A stretch of DNA of 64,000 nucleotides, from contig CAVOYH010000003.1 of the NCBI GenBank assembly GCA_963700635.1, positions 1,440,001 through 1,504,000 on the forward strand, written 5' to 3'. The translations under genes were made by a program, and so were the position numbers. The first letter of the stretch is position 1. Each line of letters begins with the position of its first letter. The notes below the pieces were generated by a model. It did not search any database, was not told the DNA's origin, and saw only the letters and a program-made list of their open reading frames with translations. This DNA is from an uncultured Bacteroidota bacterium. Lineage in GTDB: Bacteria > Bacteroidota > Ignavibacteria > UBA10030 > UBA6906. Below are positions 32,309 to 40,987 of this stretch, piece by piece.

Positions 32309-33001
32309 TTATGCCTTTCGCTTGTGCCGGAACACCAGCAGTAAGATGACCAGGACCAACAGTATCACAACGATAAGAGTAATGATGGCAGGGGTTCCCC
32401 ACATCCCGGCAGGCTCATCCGGTTTGGCGCCTTCGTCAATCAGCAGCACGCCCACCCGCGCCGGTGTTGCAGGAGCCTGAAGCACACGTGCGGCTGCCTT
32501 TCCCACTTCCGATGGCGGTCTCGTTGTCACGACAGTGGCTGTTATTTTATCTCCTTCGCGCAGCTGATCCAGCGCTATCTCTTTCCCTTGGAGGGTGATC
32601 TTCCCGCCCGAAGGTACGCGGTACATCTTATTTTCCCCCTGGGGCGTCCTGATGATCAGATTATTACCCATCGTTTTCCACACCGTCCCCACCTCGACGA
32701 TGTTTACCGCATCGACCCATCTGGGAGCATTCGCGGTGCTAATCATTGCCGTCAACTTCATCCCCGGCTTCAGTTCGTGCACGGTCATATCCTTGCCGTC
32801 GATGGTGAATGTGTTGCCTTCGGGGATCTCAAATTGCTTGATGTCGCCATTTGTTAACTTCAGGACGAGATCGTTCCCCTCGGCGTACACAATCTCTGCA
32901 TTCTCGACTCTGGTTTCAATGTGCTGGGCCCAGAGAACCGGGACCGACAAGATGCAGACCAGAATCGCACTGAAAACCCAAACGGCTCGTAAATGGTTCA
33001 T
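32309..33001 (-). CDS. Exported protein with two OB-like repeats and a C-terminal TM anchor
   Basis: Signal peptide; two repeats (GNDLVLK...ELKPGMKLTA and GNNLIIR...QLREGDKITA); TM + RHKRK tail. Confidence 0.7.
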   Translation of the reverse strand: MNHLRAVWVFSAILVCILSVPVLWAQHIETRVENAEIVYAEGNDLVLKLTNGDIKQFEIPEGNTFTIDGKDMTVHELKPGMKLTAMISTANAPRWVDAVNIVEVGTVWKTMGNNLIIRTPQGENKMYRVPSGGKITLQGKEIALDQLREGDKITATVVTTRPPSEVGKAAARVLQAPATPARVGVLLIDEGAKPDEPAGMWGTPAIITLIVVILLVLVILLLVFRHKRKA

Positions 33002-33338
33002 GTGTACTTCTCCGCGTTGTTGATGAACATACAAAGTGTTTGCGTGGCTCGACGTTACCGCTGCGATCCTCGGTGCAATCTGATTGTTGAGTGCATTAGG
33101 CACCAAACTCTTTCAGGGTGTCTCATCCCCCTCGGGAATTCCCACAGGGAGTCTGCTTCAGCACTCCAGCGGATTAGGACGACGGGAATGCTGTCGGAAC
33201 CCGGTGGAGCGAACACTTCATCCTATTGGAAACTAGGGGATAACGTGAGAAAAGAAATAGCCCGGAGGGATGAAACAGTAGTTAATCCTCTGCGAGAAAA
33301 GAATTGCCGTCACGCGGGTCTGCTCTCCTGATCTTGGT

Positions 33339-33604
33339 CCTGTAGGGGGGACTTATTTCATCTGACGCTTGAAGTGCCGATCTTTTGCTCTGGAAAGCAT
33401 CCCCCACTTTCAGAGTAGACATGATAACCTTCTTCGGCACCTTGATGGTCAGCGACCGCATCAGGGGATTCAGCAACAGATTCCGAAGACGGGTGAACCG
33501 GGGAAGACAGGGGGTCCTGTTTGGATGAGTCCTGTTCTGGGTGGGCTGCATCACCACTATTTCAGACAGGCGGGGTAAGGAATGGAATAAGTCCCCCTTA
33601 CGGG
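33339..33604. mobile_element. MITE-like internally deleted IS (266 bp)
   Basis: 22-bp terminal IRs (19/22 match) enclosing an integrase C-terminus RPHQGIQQQIP...PVLGGLHHHY. Confidence 0.8.
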
Positions 33605-33687
33605 TTGCTTCCCTTATCGGGAGTTCTCACATTTGAGCCACGCAGCCATCGTTGATGCCCGGAAACGACCAAGAAAGAACCGGCGCC

Positions 33688-35106
33688 ATGACCCCTTCAC
33701 GGCTCGACTCTTCCACACAGCAGGGAAGTATTCTTTTTCTTTTCTGGATCTGCTTCATAGCCTCGCTCGGCGGATTCCTTTTCGGCTATGATACCGCCGT
33801 CATCTCGGGAACGTTTGAACTTGTCGAACGGCAGTTCGGTCTGTCCAAGGTGGAGGTAGGGTGGTTCGGGAGCGCAGCCCTGATCGGGTGTCTCGTCGGG
33901 GCAGCTGTCGCCGGCTGGTTTGGCGACCGGTATGGGCCGAAGCGGGTTCTCATTGTCTCGGGTGTTTTCTTCTTTGCCTCAGCCCTCTATACAGCACTTC
34001 CTGAATCATTTCCTGTCCTCACCGCTGCACGCGCCCTCGGCGGGGTAGGTGTCGGCATGGCATCGGTTCTCGCGCCGATGTACATATCCGAATTCTCCCC
34101 TGCCCGCGTGCGTGGACGCGTGGTGGCGCTGTATCAGGTCTCCATCGGCATCGGGATACTTGCCGCGTACTTCGTGAACTATCTCCTCCTCACCCATGCG
34201 CAGGATTCCATAGCAACCGGTGAGACAAGCGGTCTCCTGCACTATTTCCTCGTCGTGGAGGTCTGGCGTGGGATGTTTGGCATGGAGATGATTCCCGCCG
34301 CCGTCTTCACGGTGCTTCTCTTCACCGTTCCGGAGAGTCCCCGATGGATGGTGAAGGCGGGACAAGAACAGAGAGCGCTTGCCGTGCTCAGCCGGATCGA
34401 TGGAACGGACGCTGCAGGACAGGTCATTTCGGAAATCAGCACGGCGCTGCAGCATGAGGAAGGGACTGTACGAGAGCTTTTCCGCCCCGGACTACGGAAT
34501 GCGCTGCTCCTCGCCTTAGGTCTGGCGTTCTTCGGACAACTCACGGGCGTGAATGTCGTTATCTACTACGGGCCGACGATCCTTCGGGAGGCGGGGCTGC
34601 AGAGTGATAGTGCGCTTCTCTACCAGGTAGCTCTTGGAGCGATCGGTTTGCTTTTTACGCTCTTCGCCGTCTGGAAAATCGACTCCTGGGGACGGCGTCC
34701 TCTGCTCGTGGGCGGGATGGTCTTTGTCACAATCGCCATGGCGAGCATGGCTGTGTTGATGCTTCTTGGCGCACCAGCTGTTTGGATAGTTGTTGCCATT
34801 GGCGTCTATATGGCTTGTCTCGCCGTGTCCATATGCTCGGTGATCTGGGTGATGACGCCGGAGCTATTTCCCAACCGGGTGCGAGGCCGCGGTTCCTCAA
34901 TTGCCACCTTTGTCACATGGAGCACCAACGCTCTCGTGGCGTTTGTGTTCCCATGGTACGTCGCAACGCTCGGGGTACACGCTGCATTCTTCACATTCGC
35001 TGCCATATGCGGAGTGGCGACGGTGTTTTTCTGGAGACTCACCCCCGAGACGCGCGGGCGGACCCTGGAGGAGATCGAAAGGTCGTTCGCGGAACCGCGG
35101 ACATGA
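33688..35106 (+). CDS. Sugar porter family MFS transporter (XylE/GalP-like)
   Basis: GGFLFGYDTAVISG, PESPRW, QLTG.N.VIYY, D.WGRR and PETRGRTLEEIE motifs. Confidence 0.93.
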   Translation: MTPSRLDSSTQQGSILFLFWICFIASLGGFLFGYDTAVISGTFELVERQFGLSKVEVGWFGSAALIGCLVGAAVAGWFGDRYGPKRVLIVSGVFFFASALYTALPESFPVLTAARALGGVGVGMASVLAPMYISEFSPARVRGRVVALYQVSIGIGILAAYFVNYLLLTHAQDSIATGETSGLLHYFLVVEVWRGMFGMEMIPAAVFTVLLFTVPESPRWMVKAGQEQRALAVLSRIDGTDAAGQVISEISTALQHEEGTVRELFRPGLRNALLLALGLAFFGQLTGVNVVIYYGPTILREAGLQSDSALLYQVALGAIGLLFTLFAVWKIDSWGRRPLLVGGMVFVTIAMASMAVLMLLGAPAVWIVVAIGVYMACLAVSICSVIWVMTPELFPNRVRGRGSSIATFVTWSTNALVAFVFPWYVATLGVHAAFFTFAAICGVATVFFWRLTPETRGRTLEEIERSFAEPRT

Positions 35107-35352
35107 GAGTTGCCATTTGGGCAATCCCGTTTGAACTGCCCCATTTCAATTGCCCAATTTGAACTGTTCCCACCTGAGCGGTTGTGGCTTCCGCCTGGGC
35201 GGTATTTTGATTGACTTCCGTCACCCCTTGCCGATCTTAGCGCGCTGAAGTGAGCTCCTTACTCCAAAGGAATCGCAGTCCCGCATTTATAGGACCGGAT
35301 TATCTATGGAGAGTGTATTATGAATAATGGGTAATCCTCTCGGGATATCCCC

Positions 35353-35706
35353 ATGATCGGCAAGATGCTCTCCCACTTCAAAATCCTCGGCAAGCTCGGC
35401 GAAGGAGGGATGGGAGTCGCCTACAAGGCCGAAGACACCCGCGTCAATCGCACTGTCGCGCTGTGAAGTTCCTCCGTCTCGGACTGGAATCCCACGAACC
35501 CGAGCGTGCGCGCTTCCTGCAGGAAGCCCAGACCGCTTCCGCCCTCAACCACCCCAATATCTGAACCATCTATACAAAGGGATCGTGCATCGGGACATCA
35601 AAGCAGAAAACATCATGGTCAACGCGAAGAACCAGGTGGCGTGATGGACTTCGGGTTGGCGAAGCTGAAGGGTCCGTTGAAACTGACGAAAACCACGAGC
35701 ACGGTG
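35353..35706 (+). pseudogene. Ser/Thr kinase N-terminal remnant
   Basis: [28 protein letters not shown] then frameshifts; fragments LNHPNI, HRDIKAENIM and MDFGLAKL. Confidence 0.85.
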
Positions 35707-35719
35707 GAAAAGATCGAAC

Positions 35720-35751
35720 TCAACATTGGTACACGAACCGGGGGTAGGTCA
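35720..35751 (+). mobile_element. Solo IS3/IS407-like terminal IR
   Basis: 30/32 identical to the reverse complement of 4919-4950. Confidence 0.8.
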
Positions 35752-35894
35752 CTCACACAATAGTGCCAGGCTTTTGAGCTGGTAATATGAGTAATTTCAC
35801 CTGGAAATCGGCCTTTCTCCGTTGTGGAGAATGATGATTTTTTACCGTAGCTTATATGAAATGGGAGTATGAACGAACGAGAGAGAGGCTTGCG

Positions 35895-36122
35895 ATGGCA
35901 ACAGCACATCAGTTTACGGCGATCATTGAGCGGGAAGACGATTCTTACGTTGCTCTGTGTCCCGAACTCGACATCGCGAGTCAGGGAGCAAGCGTTGAAG
36001 ATGCGCGCCTGAACCTCAAGGAAGCGATAGAGCTTTTTTTCGAATCCGCTTCTCCTGAGGAAATTCGTGAACGGCTTCATGACGAAATCTTTATAACCCG
36101 CCTTGAGATAGCCGTTGCATAA
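35895..36122 (+). CDS. hicB: HicB-family antitoxin (short, no DNA-binding domain)
   Basis: YVALCPELDIASQG.SVE.A..NLKEAIELF signature. Confidence 0.9.
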   Translation: MATAHQFTAIIEREDDSYVALCPELDIASQGASVEDARLNLKEAIELFFESASPEEIRERLHDEIFITRLEIAVA

Positions 36123-36336
36123 GGTCCGCATACTCTCCGGCCGGGAGGTTTGTCAGATTCTCTCCCATCACGGCTTCGTGGAGGTGCGACAACGAGGCAG
36201 TCACATTGTCATGCAGAAGAGGATGTCCGGCTCGACCATTACTGTCCCCGTCCCCAACCACGCTGAGATCAAGCGTGGAACGCTCAAATCGATCATCCGC
36301 CAGTCGCAATTGCCCACAAGCGAGTTCGAGAGGTAG
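36115..36336 (+). CDS. hicA: HicA-family mRNA interferase toxin
   Basis: GF.EVRQRGSH...VPVPNH.EI..GTL.SII signature; overlaps hicB. Confidence 0.9.
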   Translation: MHKVRILSGREVCQILSHHGFVEVRQRGSHIVMQKRMSGSTITVPVPNHAEIKRGTLKSIIRQSQLPTSEFER

Positions 36337-36359
36337 GCCGAACAGTTTTCTCGCTCTCC

Positions 36360-36829
36360 TCACCAGAACGCCTTGCGAAACCTCGCCCGCGGATTGTCGA
36401 AGCGCACCTTGGTCGGATCGAATGCTTTCAGATCGTAGGGCCACTTCTTCTGGGTTTGAGCGTTCAGCCATTCGACGGTAGACTCGTAGTCTTCGTGCGA
36501 AGGTTTTCGAAGAACTCGAAGAAGATTTGCATATCCGGAAACACCGCCGCAATCTTCCGGTGGACAGGCTCCTGCTCCGTCTGTACATCTTGGGTACTTC
36601 GTGCCGGGCACTTGCGGGAGGAACTTCTCGAAGCGCACCTCATGGGCCCAAGAGTCACCGAAATCGTACTCGTATTGCGCGACCGAGCCATCCTCAGTGA
36701 AGTATTCAGTCGCACCGACCTCCCACCCAGGTAACTGAGTTGTCTCAGTGTCCCCCCTTTCCGGTATACCAATATCAATCTGGTTTGTGCCCACTCGAAA
36801 CATGAAGTTGTGCAGGTGATAGTCAAGCC
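36360..36829 (-). pseudogene. pRiA4b ORF-3 family protein, 5'-truncated copy
   Basis: YEYDFGDSW.H and GACPPEDCGG motifs; lacks the N-terminus present in the 49626 copy. Confidence 0.85.
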
Positions 36830-37000
36830 GCCAATGTCTGGAAGCGTCCAATCTACGGTTGCTGATTTTGGTCAGTTTTTGAGGGTGGCCTTTACCCAGT
36901 CCTGAGATGGGATGGTAACCCCTGCTGCTTGTAGACGGCTTTTACCGTTGAGATGTTTTCGTTGCCCTCTACACTGGGGAATATATGCGGTCCCCGACAC

Positions 37001-37117
37001 ATCGACAAGGGGCGGTATATTCCCTGCGTCGATCACCGGGTACCACCGGATGTGACATACAGCAACTACTGCTACTATCTCGAAGCCAAAAACAGGCTTT
37101 TGGATGCGTTCTCGTGA
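37001..37117 (+). pseudogene. Orphan C-terminus of a URO-D-like gene
   Basis: Translates IDKGRYIPCVDHRVPPDVTYSNYCYYLEAKNRLLDAFS*, matching the C-terminus of 3447-4520. Confidence 0.85.
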
Positions 37118-37372
37118 AAACACGATAGCATCGCACCTTCGGATAGTCAAGTTCGGAGGACAAAAAGGAATTAGCTACTCTTTCATCTCTTTGGTCGATT
37201 CTATTCCATGCGCAGCTTCAGCATACTTATCTACAGGCCAAAGAGGCATAGCCCATTCCCTGGAGCCGGCATTTGACAAAGCGGGAAGTGCAGACGTTGG
37301 AAAGAGGATAGTCTAGCAATACATCGCGGTGAGACAGATAGTCAACAGTCATAGTCTCGAAGGGAGACGATC

Positions 37373-38908
37373 ATGAAAGAGATTCGCATTACTCTGTATT
37401 TCATTTTAGTGGCGCTTTTTGCGCTGCAGCCGGGTATCGCACAAGAGACAAAAGGACGCTGGGCGGTTGGATTTCACGGCGGGCTCAATACGTGGTACAA
37501 CGACTACAACCATCGCGTTCTCGGAGCGGGTGGGGAGTTTATGCTGCGATACGGCATTAGCCGTGGATTTTCAGCCGGGTTGCTTATAGGCTACGAAGAA
37601 CTGACGGCCACGCAAGACCCCCCGCTGATCTCTCCATACGGCTATCTGAAACTCCATGCGATACCGGCTTCATTCGTCGGATGGATCCATTTCGCTCCCG
37701 GCCAACCCGTCAATCCCTATCTCTACGCTGGCATCGGCGCGATGTACTATAAACGATCAAGCGGAGCAATAAACATTCCTGACAGCAAACTCATTCCGAC
37801 GATCCATGTTCCTTTGGGAATCGGCCTCGAGGTGTATCCTTCCTCAAATATCTCCCTTATCGTTGACGCAGGCTATCGCATAACGGATGCGTATACGGAT
37901 GCACTAAAATTAAGCAAGACCGATGGATATGCCACGGCCAAAGTAGGAGTGAATATTTACATAGGCAGAAGCGACTTAGGTGATGCGGATAAGGATGGGC
38001 TCACAAACGGTGACGAAAAAACAATCAGAACAAATCCTGATAACCCCGACTCAGACGGTGATGGGCTCAAGGATGGCTATGAAGTCCACAAACTTAAAAC
38101 CGATCCTCTCAAAGTTGATTCAGACGGCGACGGCCTGAGCGACGGTGACGAAGTCCTCAAATATCATACGGATCCCACCAAGGCCGATACCGATGGAGAC
38201 GGCTTGAGCGATGGTGACGAAGTCCTCAAATATCACACCGACCCATTGAAAACTGACACCGATGGGGACGGCTTGAGCGACGGCGATGAAGTCGTAAAAT
38301 ACAAAAGTGATCCGTTGAAGGTGGATACGGATGGGGACAAACTGTCAGATTTTGACGAGGTTCAGACATACAGAACCGATCCGGCTAAGATAGATACCGA
38401 CACCGACGGTCTCTCGGACTACGATGAAGTGACAAAGCATAAGACCAACCCGTTGAAGTCGGATACAGATGGCGGTGGCATGTCGGACGGCGAGGAAGTC
38501 ACACGAGGGACGAATCCTCTCGATCCGAAGGATGATGTGCTGAAAGAGACGATCATACTTGAGAAGGGCAAGACAGTCATTTTGAAGGGCGTCAATTTTG
38601 AGTTCAACAAGGCAACATTGACGATGGATTCGGAAAACACTCTCGAAATGGCATACAATGCTCTCGTTGCCCAGCCGGATATCAAGGTTCTCATTGTCGG
38701 TCACACTGACGCCGTTGGATCTGACGCGTACAATAAGAAACTTTCGTTCCGCAGGGCGGAAGCAGTCAAGGATTGGATGGTTGCCAAAGGCATTTCGGCG
38801 CGTCGGATGAGTGTGACAGGCAAAGGCGAGATTGAGCCGATTGATTCAAACGAGACGGATGACGGACGCGCAAACAACCGGCGGATCGAATTCCGCGTGC
38901 TGCAATAG
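37373..38908 (+). CDS. OmpA-family outer-membrane protein with Ca-binding repeats
   Basis: N-terminal barrel; 8 D.DGDGL.DGDEV...TDP repeats; OmpA domain GHTD...N.KLS.RA...NRRIEF. Confidence 0.92.
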   Translation: MKEIRITLYFILVALFALQPGIAQETKGRWAVGFHGGLNTWYNDYNHRVLGAGGEFMLRYGISRGFSAGLLIGYEELTATQDPPLISPYGYLKLHAIPASFVGWIHFAPGQPVNPYLYAGIGAMYYKRSSGAINIPDSKLIPTIHVPLGIGLEVYPSSNISLIVDAGYRITDAYTDALKLSKTDGYATAKVGVNIYIGRSDLGDADKDGLTNGDEKTIRTNPDNPDSDGDGLKDGYEVHKLKTDPLKVDSDGDGLSDGDEVLKYHTDPTKADTDGDGLSDGDEVLKYHTDPLKTDTDGDGLSDGDEVVKYKSDPLKVDTDGDKLSDFDEVQTYRTDPAKIDTDTDGLSDYDEVTKHKTNPLKSDTDGGGMSDGEEVTRGTNPLDPKDDVLKETIILEKGKTVILKGVNFEFNKATLTMDSENTLEMAYNALVAQPDIKVLIVGHTDAVGSDAYNKKLSFRRAEAVKDWMVAKGISARRMSVTGKGEIEPIDSNETDDGRANNRRIEFRVLQ

Positions 38909-38938
38909 TACCACGGTGAGGCAATTACGATAGAGCAG

Positions 38939-38970
38939 AAGGCTCAGGAGCAATCCTGAGCCTTTTGTTT
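38939..38970 (+). terminator. Intrinsic terminator
   Basis: aaggctcagga-gcaa-tcctgagcctt followed by a T tract. Confidence 0.85.
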
Positions 38971-38992
38971 AGCACCCCAACACACGTCACGG

Positions 38993-40834
38993 GCGGGAAA
39001 AGACGATGTTCAAGTCATTGACCCGGACCTCGGGTTCGCCCTCTGCCGCAGAGACACCGTCCCATTCCTTGTGATCGGAAGTTTCACAAAAGGGGACGAC
39101 ATCTTCGCCACCAACGTGAAAGTCATCAACATTGAAACCAAAGAGACTCTGAAAAGCGCAAGCTCCAAGGGGGAAGGAGCGGGGAGTATCCTGCAACATC
39201 AGATTGATGAGCTCAGCCGTAAGATTGCCGAGGGAATGGGACTCTCGGCGCATCAGATTTCAGAGACGGCCCGACCGGTCGCGGACATTACGAGTTCATC
39301 CCTGGGAGCCTACGAGTATTACCTCAAGGGAAGAAATGCTCAGGAGAGACAGTGGGATCACACCACAGCACGCCGAATGTTTGAGAAGGCGATTGCACTC
39401 GACAGCACATTTGCGTCCGCGCACTTATGGCTTGGAATCTCACTTGCGGATCTGGGACTCGGAAAGGAAGCGGACAACGAGCTTGAGATTGCGAAGCGGT
39501 ATTCACATAGAGCAGGTGAGATCGAGAGGCTGTACATCGATGCAGCATATGCCGACCGCGTAGAGAAGGACAGTGCAAAGTGTATACGGATCTACGAACA
39601 GATTCTGGAGAGTCATCCAAATGACAAGCGAATCCACCTTGCACTTGGAGAATACCTCTCGTATTCAGATTCCCGCAGAGCTCTGTTCCATTTCGAGAAG
39701 GCGCTCGAGGCCGACCCGGAGAATGCAGAGATCCTCAATGCGATAGGGTATATGTATGTTGACCTGGGGAACCTCGAAAAGGCATTGGAATACATTGGAC
39801 GGAACGCTTCCCTCACTCCTGATAGCCCCAACCCGTTTGACTCCAAGGGTGAGGTGTACTTCCGAATGGGCTGGTTAGATAACGCGCTCGCCAATTTCAA
39901 AAAGGCAATTGAAGTAAGACGAGACTTCTACCCTGCCTACATGAGAGCTGCCTATGTGCACGCGCTCAGGGAAGAGTATGGGGAGGCGATGGCTTTGATT
40001 GACACGATGCTCTCCGTCGCACAATCACCGGCCTATAGATGAGTGTGTTTTTTCTGGAGGGCATTTTGCAGCTATTGGCTCGGCAGGAGAAAGGAAGCAT
40101 TCGATCACATGCATCAGGTGAAGAGACTTGCAGAGGCTGGGACGTCCCTGGTTCATTATCCAGATCTTCTGGCGGCATGGATCCACTATGAACGAAATGA
40201 GCTCGAGCAGGGACGCAGATTCCTGGACTCGTGGAATGATTCCAGGAGAAAGGCAAACGCCGAACGCCGAACATGGTGGCTGGCATACACCCTCACTGCA
40301 CGGGCCGTCTTCGACATGAAGGAAGGAAAGGAAGACTCTGCACGTGCCAGGCTGAAGACGATGGAGTCGCTTCTCCCCCGGATGCAACAGGACAGGGATG
40401 AGTTCTATGATATTCGTGACTTGCTTTTGAGCGAGATGTTTCTGGTGCAAAAGGATTACAGCAAATGCATAGAGCTATCAAAGACGACAACTGTAGTCCC
40501 GTTGATAAACATATACCCATTCCAGACGATGTTTCACAATCATCCTTTCCAGGCCGATCAGCTGGCGCGTGCCTATGAGATGAAGGGGCAAACCGATAGT
40601 GCAATCGCTGCATACGAACAGCTAATCACATTCGATCCCAGAGGTGAAAGTCGGCGGCTCATTAATCCGTTGTACCGATACAGGCTGGGACGGCTGTATG
40701 AGAAGAGGGGTCGTCCGAATGAAGCGGTGGAGCAGTACGAGAAGTTCGTGAAGGTCTGGAAGGATGCGGAAAAGAACCGCACTGAGTTGCCGGACGCAAA
40801 ATCGAGACTCCGGCGTCTCAAGGGCGGGGTCTAA
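38993..40834 (+). pseudogene. TolB-like/TPR C-terminal part of a kinase-TPR type protein; 5'-truncated, with an in-frame TGA at 40040
   Basis: Frame open from ~38993 (AGKDDVQVID...GSFTKG); TSSSLGAYEYYLKG, TPR repeats, WKDAE tail; the two ORFs share a frame. Confidence 0.75.
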
Positions 40835-40899
40835 CCCCCCGCTGCCAGAGTCCCGATTCGACTGTGAATCAGTGGTCAGTCGTTCAGGCTGACTGCACG

Positions 40900-40910
40900 G
40901 TGCCCGGAAC
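40900..40910 (-). repeat. tRNA-Leu 3'-end copy (att-like, most distal)
   Basis: gtgcccggaac, 11/11 to 57770-57780; intergenic. Confidence 0.55.
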
Positions 40911-40987
40911 GGGGTCGTGACCGCCGTTGCAATCCGCCTTCCGGCTCGAAGATTTCCTCGCCGTGATGCCGGGGAACTCAGGAGATA

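Noticed and set aside
24156-40042. UGA recoding (genetic code 4/25 or selenocysteine) suggested by two in-frame TGAs
   Set aside because: Many intact genes here end in TGA (e.g. 3426, 13254, 22807, 49375, 56709), no SECIS-like context is evident, and both genes carry other damage.
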